From Paenibacillus sp. (lineage in GTDB: Bacteria; Bacillota; Bacilli; Paenibacillales; Paenibacillaceae), in the NCBI RefSeq assembly GCF_048976745.1, contig NZ_JBHGUU010000024.1:395057-427056 (forward strand): a DNA stretch of 32,000 nt. The letters are read 5' to 3'. Positions 25,267-32,000 of the stretch are shown one piece after another; positions within the stretch are counted from its first letter, which is position 1; the number at the start of each line of letters is the position of its first letter. A model generated the notes under the pieces. It ran no database searches, was not told the DNA's origin, and worked only from the letters and a program-made list of their open reading frames with translations. Made by a program: the position numbers and the translations under genes.

Positions 25267-26481
25267 CTAAGCCGCGGGCTCTTGCCCTTGTGTTCGGTTC
25301 AATAATTTGCGCATGAAAATCCATCCGATTAGCGGAGAAGCCCCGAGGACAATAATAAGCCAGGTTAACATGCGTAGAGATGGGTTATTTATGACCGTCA
25401 CAATGAATATGACCAAACCACTTAGTCTGCCAAGCATCAGGCATAACTCTCTCAATACGACAAGTTCAACCCTTTTCTCCACATTTTCGCCACTCGTGCC
25501 CATCATGTCGAATCCCGCCGAGATCATTGGCAGTACATACAACGGCATCGCAACAGCACTCCCAATCCCCATGATTAACAGCGTACCGTAGGTTACTTTC
25601 CAGAGAAGAGGAAGGAGCACAACGAGCAGAATGAGCGCGCCGATCAACATGCCTTTCGATCTGTACTGCGGTTTGAACCATTTTCCGGCTGCCCAATAAC
25701 TTACGAGTGCCACAGCTGAAGTGATGAGTGAGAACTGCCCCAATTTGTACTCCTGTGCTGTGGCCACATATACAAGGAGTGCTATCAGGAAGGCAAAGAC
25801 ACCTTCCCTTGCGCCCTGAGCGAACAAACCCACGGCTAGGGTCCTCCAGGGACTCTCCGGCTTGGATAGCTGTATCCAGGGTTCAGACCAGCGGTATGTA
25901 CCGCTCACCTTTCTTTTTTTCAGAAAAAAACTGAAGACTACCGCTATGACATAAAAGACGAGTGATACCGTGAAGATGAGCCGATATCCTGTGTTGTCTG
26001 TCATGCGAGTAATAATCAGACCAGAGAACCAGGGACCTATAATTCCTGTCATCGAACCAAGTAACCCCACCCAACCATTGAATAGATCCCTGTTTTCCCG
26101 ATCCGTTATTTCAAAATACACAACATTAAATGCAATCCAGAATAGCCCCAGGGAACAACCTAGTAGTATACCCAGAGGCCATATCCAGTCTACAGCTTGG
26201 GAACCAGCCCAGAGGACGATCATATAAAATATGCCGGACAGCGCAGTACCTAGTCGTAGTGCACTCATTTTATTGTGTTCCTTGACCCATTTGCCAGCAA
26301 GCCAGAACGTTAGTCCAATGGCCAGTTGCTGGCTGAGAGTGAACCACCCTAACATGGCATAATCCGGACGGCTTTTCCACAGAAACACATTCAAAAAGGT
26401 TCCCGACAGCGCTCCGGCTAACGCAAACAATCCATTCACGCCCAAAAGCAGAATGGATTGTCGGCCTAAAGTAATCTTCAT
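25267..26481 (-). CDS. MFS transporter
   Basis: About 12 predicted TM segments across 404 aa. The start was moved from 26562 to the ATG at 26481 (SD AAGGAGGAG 5 nt upstream). Confidence 0.85.
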   Translation of the reverse strand: MKITLGRQSILLLGVNGLFALAGALSGTFLNVFLWKSRPDYAMLGWFTLSQQLAIGLTFWLAGKWVKEHNKMSALRLGTALSGIFYMIVLWAGSQAVDWIWPLGILLGCSLGLFWIAFNVVYFEITDRENRDLFNGWVGLLGSMTGIIGPWFSGLIITRMTDNTGYRLIFTVSLVFYVIAVVFSFFLKKRKVSGTYRWSEPWIQLSKPESPWRTLAVGLFAQGAREGVFAFLIALLVYVATAQEYKLGQFSLITSAVALVSYWAAGKWFKPQYRSKGMLIGALILLVVLLPLLWKVTYGTLLIMGIGSAVAMPLYVLPMISAGFDMMGTSGENVEKRVELVVLRELCLMLGRLSGLVIFIVTVINNPSLRMLTWLIIVLGASPLIGWIFMRKLLNRTQGQEPAA

Positions 26482-26612
26482 CTGCTCCTCCTTCATCCAC
26501 CTGATGTGAACTGTGTACAGGTAGGTCTTAGGGTTAACGTACCCCAAGCCAGAGGAAAACATGATGAATCTTTAGGATTACTTTGAAATTGTGGTTCTTA
26601 TCTACGAAACAC

Positions 26613-27179
26613 TTATTCCTGCGTACTCAGGTTCTTAATCATACGCAAACGATCCTCCTCAGACAAACTGTATTGAACTTGGAAACATCCCGAGCATACA
26701 TAGGTCAACACCTTAAACGGTGGTGACAATAGTGCCCCTTCGCCTGAAGCTGCGTTAGCAACTGGCATGAAGTTATCCTGTGTTGCAGCTTGCGTACCTG
26801 CGAGAATCATGAATTCCCGGCAATTCGGGCACTCCGGCACTTCTTCCTGATGATCAAGTTGCTTCTGGACACCTTGTTCATACTGAATGAGGTCATTACC
26901 TTCATCCGCATATTTGGTCAATGTTCGCAACTCCGGCAATTTGAGTTCAACTTCATCCCCCCACAGATCTGTAAGATCCGTAGTCTGTTCCTCATCCTTT
27001 ACATCATCCACATCATAGATGTCGTCCTCAGCTTCATCGTTCTCTTCGTCACCGATGTTAATGTTGAGGGTTCGATATCCCTTTAATTCATTGTGGCAGT
27101 ATGGACACTCTTCTTCAGGACCAAGTTCCTCATCCCATACAATTTCCGTGTGACACCAAGGGCATATTGTTGTTTCCAT
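26613..27179 (-). CDS. Acidic protein with four CxxC motifs (two predicted zinc ribbons), function unknown
   Basis: 188 aa with CPWC...CPYC at the N-terminus and CPNC...CSGC in the C-terminal half. The two pairs are separated by a D/E-rich linker (DEENDEAEDDIYDVDDVKDEEQ). The SD (GAAAGG) is weak, and I recognise no family. Confidence 0.7.
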   Translation of the reverse strand: METTICPWCHTEIVWDEELGPEEECPYCHNELKGYRTLNINIGDEENDEAEDDIYDVDDVKDEEQTTDLTDLWGDEVELKLPELRTLTKYADEGNDLIQYEQGVQKQLDHQEEVPECPNCREFMILAGTQAATQDNFMPVANAASGEGALLSPPFKVLTYVCSGCFQVQYSLSEEDRLRMIKNLSTQE

Positions 27180-27204
27180 ATTGAATCAACCTTTCTCTTT
27201 CATA

Positions 27205-27285
27205 TCATGTATTCATTACATAGATCACACCGATGGCAAAAAACACGATCGATGCCGCAAACAGAATCCGTATCAATATCTTCAT
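27205..27285 (-). CDS. Candidate 26-aa hydrophobic micro-protein (MKILIRILFAASIVFFAIGVIYVMNT)
   Basis: It is absent from the ORF track because it is under 60 aa. The ATG at 27285 is preceded by GGGGGA 7 nt upstream, overlapping the stop of the DUF350 gene. It encodes a single predicted TM helix, and its TGA lies 25 nt before the zinc-ribbon gene's ATG. Confidence 0.35.
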   Translation of the reverse strand: MKILIRILFAASIVFFAIGVIYVMNT

Positions 27286-27296
27286 GACTGGTCCCC

Positions 27297-27716
27297 CTAG
27301 ATAATGCTCGCGCCGATAACAAACGACAGCGAGACTGAAATAATCATGGATATCAATCCGACAGCTCGGTTATCCGCTTCGATCTCCTTATCAATGGAGA
27401 ACACGGGTGTCAGGAATTCGAACAAAAAATAGGCAATGATCAGAAGAATAAACCCTACAAATGACCACGTCATGGCTTCATACACTGAAGATTTGGCTTG
27501 TATGCAGAACCGCAGTACGTTGCAGATCCCGAAGATCTTGCCTCCTGTAGCCATCGCAACGGCCACATTACCCTTCTTGATCTCAGTCCAGCATTTATAC
27601 TTGGTCACCAGTTCGAAGCAAGCCAGAAATACAAGCAGCTCCATAATCGCTACCGAGAAAAAACCGAGTACCATCCCCAAGGGATGAGACAGCAATTGGT
27701 CAATGCTTTCTTTCAC
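27297..27716 (-). CDS. DUF350 domain membrane protein (YshE-like)
   Basis: It has TM helices with the conserved KKGNVAVAMATGGKIFG segment typical of DUF350. It occupies the same position downstream of mutS2 as B. subtilis yshE. I prefer the GTG at 27716 (G-rich SD 8 nt upstream); the track ATG at 27737 is also possible. Confidence 0.72.
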   Translation of the reverse strand: MKESIDQLLSHPLGMVLGFFSVAIMELLVFLACFELVTKYKCWTEIKKGNVAVAMATGGKIFGICNVLRFCIQAKSSVYEAMTWSFVGFILLIIAYFLFEFLTPVFSIDKEIEADNRAVGLISMIISVSLSFVIGASII

Positions 27717-27787
27717 GCACCGTTCCCCTCTCCCCATCTGCGGCCTTCATGAATAAGGTCGCAGAATATCATTGATTCATGGACCGG

Positions 27788-30154
27788 CTATTCCAATTCT
27801 GCGACGGTCACACCATTTCCGCCTTCTCCGTAATTGCCCAGCCGGTAACTTTTAATATGTTTATGCTTACGCAGGTAATCCTGAATACCGGAACGTAAAA
27901 TTCCTGTACCTTTACCGTGAATAATATAAACTTGGCCCAGGTTGGCAAGAAAAGCTTCATCAATGAATCGGTCTGTCTCCATCAGGGCTTCTTCCAGGTT
28001 GGTGCCACGCAGATCCAATTCACTTTTCACATTGTCATCACGTGTGCGTTTCATACCCGTTACCGGTTTTTGCTTCGGTTTGGCTGTGGGAGCTGATTGC
28101 TGTAGTTCCAGGTCATCCAGAGATACTTTCATTTTCATAATCCCCAGTTGTACCATAGCGTCTTTGCTGCCCGACATCTCTACAACATGACCTTTTTGAT
28201 TCAAACTATACACAAGCACTTCATCCCCAGGACCAATGGCACGTGTCTTCGGCGCTGTTGTCGTCTTCTTGACCGTTTTCCTGCGTTTCTCCGGTTCAGC
28301 CTCGTCCAGCTGTTTGCGGGCAGCAATGAGTTTGTGCTCCTTGACGGAAGCTCCTTCTTCCATAGCCAACAGGCGAAGATCCGCTATAATTTTCTCCGCT
28401 TCCGCACGAGCCTTGTCCACAATGCTGCGTGCATCCTCTTCTGCTTTTTCAATCCGGCGATCACGCTGCTGTTCCAGCTTCTCCAGTTCACTCTGATGAC
28501 GACTGCGTAATTTCTCCATATCCTGGCGCAAGCTCTCTGCCTTCTCACGCTCTTGTTCAGCCGTAAGACGGTTCTCTTCAAGAGATGCGATCATATGTTC
28601 AATTCGTTGGTCCTCTTCCTTCACTTCGCCACGGGCGTAGTCGAGAATGTAACCCGGCAGTCCCAGTCGCTCCGCAATGGCAAATGCATTACTTCGTCCA
28701 GGTACACCTACCAGAAGGCGATAGGTTGGACTCAGTGTATTGATGTCAAATTCCATGCTGGCATTAATGACACCTTTACGCTCATATGCGTATGCTTTCA
28801 GCTCACTGTAGTGGGTGGTCGCAACCATGCGACATCCTGTCCGGTGCATATGCTCCAGCATCGAGATGGCCAGTGCGGAACCTTCAGCCGGATCTGTCCC
28901 TGCGCCAAGTTCATCAAGCAATACCAAACTTTTCGGCGTCATGTTTTTCAGAATGCGAATGATGTTGGTCATATGACTGGAGAACGTACTCAGATTCTGC
29001 TCGATACTCTGCTCGTCCCCAATATCTGCATAGATCGCATCAAATACACATAGCTGACTGCCGTCCTCAGCCGGAACAAATAAACCGGACATCGCCATCA
29101 AGCTCAGCAATCCAATCGTTTTGAGTGTTACCGTCTTACCACCCGTATTCGGACCTGTCACGATAATGGATGTGTAATCATTGCCCAGCTCAATATCGAT
29201 TGGAACCACGTTTTCGATCGCTATCAGCGGATGCCGGCCTTTTTTAAGTTTGATGAACCCGCGGTCATTCATGCGTGGCAATGTTGCTTTCAATTCACGA
29301 GCCAGACGTGCTTTGGCAAAGATAAAATCAAGTGATCCCAGCAAGTCGACATCATACAACAGCCATTCTCCCTGCTCACTGACAAGCGCCGTCAATTTCT
29401 GCAAAATAATTTCTATTTCGCGTTCTTCCCGAATCCGGGTTTCGCGTAATTTGTTGTTCATCGCAACAATCGATTCCGGCTCAATGAACAATGTTGCACC
29501 CGAACCGGACTGATCGTGCACAATCCCGCCAAAATACGAACGATATTCAGCTTTCACCGGGATAACAAAACGGTCTCCTCTGATGGTTATGAGCTGATCC
29601 TGCAACATTTTGGATACGGTAGAGGAGCGAATCATGGAATCCAGTTTTTCACGAATCCGCGCTTCTCCGCCTCGCAACTCACGACGAATCTGTGCCAATG
29701 TTACGCTTGCACTGTCGGCAACCTCTGCATTATCGTCAATACAGATTTTGATGGCATCCTCAAGTGTTTTTTGCTCTGACAGTTGATCACTGATATAAAA
29801 CAGTGATTCGATGGGCTCATCTTCATGTAAAGTACCAATCTGACGTTTCAATCGACGCGCTGCAAAGGTTGTATTGGATATTCCCAAAAGTTCGTGAGGG
29901 TTAAGTGTGCCTCCAATTTCAGCACGTTTAATGGAAGCCGTAATATCTACAATCCCCCCAAACGAAGGTGAACCTTTCAGGCGATCAAATGTGAAGGCTT
30001 CATCGGTTTGCTGCAGCAATCGCTTCACTTCTTCCAGCTCACTGCTGGGTTCAAGTTGCTCCGCTTTCTTTTTTCCCATGGTCGTCTGGGCAAAGCTAAG
30101 CAATGTATTTAAAATTTTGCGATATTCCAGTGTGTGTAAAATTTTCGTGTCCAA
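27788..30154 (-). CDS. mutS2: Endonuclease MutS2 (MutS domain V ATPase plus C-terminal Smr domain)
   Basis: About 788 aa. It has the Walker A motif IIVTGPNTGGKTVTLKT and the MutS signature STFSSHM, a long coiled-coil/KOW region, and a C-terminal Smr domain (LDLRGTNLEEAL...IIHGKGTGILR). I prefer the TTG at 30154 (SD GAAGGAG 8 nt upstream) to the ATG at 30172, which lies inside that SD. Confidence 0.92.
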   Translation of the reverse strand: MDTKILHTLEYRKILNTLLSFAQTTMGKKKAEQLEPSSELEEVKRLLQQTDEAFTFDRLKGSPSFGGIVDITASIKRAEIGGTLNPHELLGISNTTFAARRLKRQIGTLHEDEPIESLFYISDQLSEQKTLEDAIKICIDDNAEVADSASVTLAQIRRELRGGEARIREKLDSMIRSSTVSKMLQDQLITIRGDRFVIPVKAEYRSYFGGIVHDQSGSGATLFIEPESIVAMNNKLRETRIREEREIEIILQKLTALVSEQGEWLLYDVDLLGSLDFIFAKARLARELKATLPRMNDRGFIKLKKGRHPLIAIENVVPIDIELGNDYTSIIVTGPNTGGKTVTLKTIGLLSLMAMSGLFVPAEDGSQLCVFDAIYADIGDEQSIEQNLSTFSSHMTNIIRILKNMTPKSLVLLDELGAGTDPAEGSALAISMLEHMHRTGCRMVATTHYSELKAYAYERKGVINASMEFDINTLSPTYRLLVGVPGRSNAFAIAERLGLPGYILDYARGEVKEEDQRIEHMIASLEENRLTAEQEREKAESLRQDMEKLRSRHQSELEKLEQQRDRRIEKAEEDARSIVDKARAEAEKIIADLRLLAMEEGASVKEHKLIAARKQLDEAEPEKRRKTVKKTTTAPKTRAIGPGDEVLVYSLNQKGHVVEMSGSKDAMVQLGIMKMKVSLDDLELQQSAPTAKPKQKPVTGMKRTRDDNVKSELDLRGTNLEEALMETDRFIDEAFLANLGQVYIIHGKGTGILRSGIQDYLRKHKHIKSYRLGNYGEGGNGVTVAELE

Positions 30155-30341
30155 GTGTACAACTCCTTCCAAACTATATCTGTATTATAACGAAAGAAAC
30201 TTTCTTACGCTATTTAACGAATCCTTCCACACATAACTTAAACCATACCACCACAAACTACAGGTGTCAGGATTGTGCAACCTCTCCATCCCCTTGGAGT
30301 TGTCCTGCTCAGTTCAATCCGAATAAAAGGAGGTAAACACC

Positions 30342-30701
30342 ATGAATTTCCTGGGACATGTCGTGCGATTTATTATCGCCGCAATTGTATTAATGGTGGT
30401 CAGCTGGATCGTTCCCGGATTCGCCGTTGGTGGCTTCTGGAGCGCCCTGCTGCTTGCTCTCGTCATTGCCCTGCTCGGCTGGATCGTTGAAGGTATCTTC
30501 GGCAAAAGGGTCAACCCGTTTGGTCGCGGTATTGTCGGATTTATCGTTAGCGCACTGGTAATTTGGCTTGGTCAATATGTTGTAGATCATGTTGAAGTCA
30601 GCCTGCTCGGTGCCATTCTCGCTGCGCTGGTCATCGGGATTATCGATCTTTTCATCCCGGTATCCACCCCTTTTGATGCCGGACGAAGCTCCAAAAGTTA
30701 A
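30342..30701 (+). CDS. Phage-holin-4_2 family (YvlD-like) small membrane protein
   Basis: 119 aa with 3-4 TM helices and the internally repeated VPGFAVGGFWSALLLALVIALL-type motif. SD AAAGGAGG lies 8 nt upstream. Confidence 0.72.
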   Translation: MNFLGHVVRFIIAAIVLMVVSWIVPGFAVGGFWSALLLALVIALLGWIVEGIFGKRVNPFGRGIVGFIVSALVIWLGQYVVDHVEVSLLGAILAALVIGIIDLFIPVSTPFDAGRSSKS

Positions 30702-30735
30702 TCTAACTCCCACCAACGTCCCCATGAATTCTATT

Positions 30736-30777
30736 AAACCTCTGAAGGCCCAGTGCCGGAAGAGGTTTATTTCATTC
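30736..30777 (+). terminator. Rho-independent terminator after the holin-family gene
   Basis: Stem AAACCTCT (30736-30743) / AGAGGTTT (30761-30768) with an inner GGC..GCC helix, followed by TTTATTTCATT. Confidence 0.8.
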
Positions 30778-30912
30778 GGGTAGTAACACTCTGCCGTACA
30801 CGTACAATTTTCAAAAAAACGACATACGCAGCGTGTACAGGCATCCACATAATGCGGTATGATGACTGGAGCAATCATTCAAATTTTATCCATATCAAGC
30901 TTAAGGAGGCAC

Positions 30913-31302
30913 ATGATGAAGAAAGGCATAAGATGGCTCGCTGCCTGTATGTTAATTCTGGTCCTCACTGCGTGTGGAGCGGCGAAACAGTCCGCAGAAT
31001 CTGACAGTAATGGATCCGATGCTGAAGTTACAGCCAGTGAAGAACTGGTCATCAAGGCAAGCAACTACGAATTCGATCAACCTGAGTACCGTCTTAAAAA
31101 AGGCGTTCCGGTTAACATTGTTTATGAAAATGTAAACGGAAATCACGGTATACTTGTGCCTGAGCTGAATCTTCAACTGGATACCAGAAATAGCTCCAAA
31201 GTCATAACCCCGGACAAAGTTGGTGAGTTTGAAATGTCCTGTTCTGTCTTCTGTGGTTCAGGACACAGCAGCATGATCTCCAAAATTATCGTTGAAGAAT
31301 AA
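30913..31302 (+). CDS. Lipoprotein with cupredoxin domain carrying a CuA-type motif (CoxII-like soluble domain)
   Basis: It has a signal peptide and lipobox (MMKKGIRWLAACMLILVLTACG). An upstream His (NGNHGILVP) and a C-terminal CSVFCGSGHSSM give the CuA ligand spacing H...C-x3-C-x3-H-x2-M. The start is at 30913 or 30916, after SD AAGGAGG. The track start at 30859 has no SD. Confidence 0.8.
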   Translation: MMKKGIRWLAACMLILVLTACGAAKQSAESDSNGSDAEVTASEELVIKASNYEFDQPEYRLKKGVPVNIVYENVNGNHGILVPELNLQLDTRNSSKVITPDKVGEFEMSCSVFCGSGHSSMISKIIVEE

Positions 31303-31312
31303 GTTTCAAGAC

Positions 31313-31347
31313 AAGGAGCCCCCGCAGCGACGGGAGCTCCTTCTTTA
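31313..31347. terminator. Bidirectional terminator between the cupredoxin gene and the convergent coiled-coil gene
   Basis: Stem GGAGCCCCCG (31315-31324) / CGGGAGCTCC (31331-31340), 9 of 10 bp, followed by TTCTTT. Confidence 0.7.
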
Positions 31348-31406
31348 GTATAACAAATTGTACCAGAGTACGTTGCCCACGAGCCAGTTCTGCTCCATTC
31401 ATTCCG

Positions 31407-32000
31407 CTAGGTCTGGTCCTGTTCAATCAATTCAATCCATTCGTTATATTCCGTCTGCAACTTCGTATATTCATCATGCAACTGACGATATTCCGTATTC
31501 AGCTGCTCTGCCTTCTCCTGCTCCATTTCACGTTCAACCTGTAACAAACGTAATTGATTCGCCGCTAGTTCGTAACGCTCCCCCATCTCAAGCAGTTCAG
31601 TTTCCATGATCTCTTTCTCTTGGGTCGCTTCTGCACGTAACTTGTCCAGCTGCTGTCGTTCTTGCTCCAGTCCCTCCAGCAACTCGCTACTTGCAGCACT
31701 TTCTTTCTTCCAAACGGTCAGTTCATTCTCAAGTGCAGCCCAGCGTTCCTGCCAGGATTGCTCCTGAGCCGCCCATTCATCTGCCCGGCGTTGCCACACT
31801 TGGTCATTCTGCTCCGCTTGTGCAACGCTGGAGCGGAGTTCTTCTTCACGTCTCGTCATCTGCTCCAGACGGGATGACAACTCGGCCTGTTTGGCTGACA
31901 GTTCTTCGTGTTTGATCTGCCACTCCAACGCTTCTTCCTCGGTCTGGGCGAGCCGGCTCTCTTGCTCGGAGTAGCGCTCGGAAAGTTTAGCTGAAGACTG
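31407..32000 (-). CDS. Q/E/W-rich coiled-coil protein, 5'-truncated by the window edge
   Basis: The reading frame stays open on the minus strand to base 32000. The track's M at 31928 is an internal TTG Leu codon. The sequence has a heptad-like E/Q/L/R composition with recurring Trp (EWAAQEQSWQERWAALENELTVWKKE). I recognise no family. Confidence 0.6.
   Translation of the reverse strand, partial: QSSAKLSERYSEQESRLAQTEEEALEWQIKHEELSAKQAELSSRLEQMTRREEELRSSVAQAEQNDQVWQRRADEWAAQEQSWQERWAALENELTVWKKESAASSELLEGLEQERQQLDKLRAEATQEKEIMETELLEMGERYELAANQLRLLQVEREMEQEKAEQLNTEYRQLHDEYTKLQTEYNEWIELIEQDQT

Noticed and set aside
1-32000. A window-wide look for CRISPR arrays, tandem or interspersed repeats, transposase or integrase genes, tRNA/rRNA genes, prophage blocks, toxin-antitoxin pairs and known defence-system genes
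   Set aside because: By eye I found none: no spaced direct-repeat arrays, no terminal inverted repeats, no T-psi-C-like tRNA signatures, no recombinase-like ORFs and no abrupt compositional shift. The holin-family gene at 30342-30701 is a widespread chromosomal YvlD-like membrane protein with no phage neighbours. A computational repeat or tRNA scan (tRNAscan-SE, minced, ISEScan) would be needed to be certain.

Overview
This looks like a 32-kb core-chromosome segment of an endospore-forming Firmicute. Bacillales, Paenibacillus-like, is my inference from CotF- and Spo0E-type genes, the futalosine-pathway gene mqnC, S-box control of methionine genes, strong GGAGG ribosome-binding sites and mid-range GC.

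I can support 35 protein-coding genes, 27 of them on the minus strand. One is a 26-codon micro-ORF that falls below the ORF-track cutoff. I also support one SAM-I (S-box) riboswitch, about a dozen rho-independent terminators and a few sigma-A-type promoters.

Recognisable content, in order:
- khtT/khtU K+/H+ antiporter, with khtT cut by the left edge
- a YitT-family membrane protein
- a translationally coupled aldo/keto reductase plus Zn-dehydrogenase pair resembling L-galactose dehydrogenase plus L-galactonate 5-dehydrogenase
- mqnC
- an S-box-controlled metA-metI-metC operon
- corA behind a long leader
- an HRDC+HTH_40 protein
- ROK fructokinase, a MOSC protein, a secreted phosphodiester glycosidase and a 5'-3' exonuclease
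- an ArsC/Spx-family protein
- an RluA-family pseudouridine synthase coupled to a PduO-type adenosyltransferase
- DedA, a CobU-like kinase plus a lipoprotein, and a Spo0E-like protein
- an Lrp regulator plus aminotransferase (alaR-alaT-like arrangement)
- two CotF-like coat proteins, an FAD oxidoreductase and an MFS transporter
- a four-CxxC acidic protein, DUF350 and MutS2
- a holin-4-family membrane protein, a CuA-motif cupredoxin lipoprotein and a coiled-coil protein cut by the right edge

I found no rRNA, tRNA, CRISPR array, transposase, integrase, prophage or recognisable defence genes. Several ORF-track starts are N-terminal over-extensions, and I re-placed them using SD spacing.

I do not see a convincing new multi-gene system here. 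The best leads are small and regulatory:
- the corA leader
- the unannotated micro-ORF and zinc-ribbon gene downstream of mutS2
- an orphan HRDC/HTH protein
- a 430-nt structured intergenic region
- the putative two-gene L-galactose module

All homology statements come from my memory of these families, not from a search.
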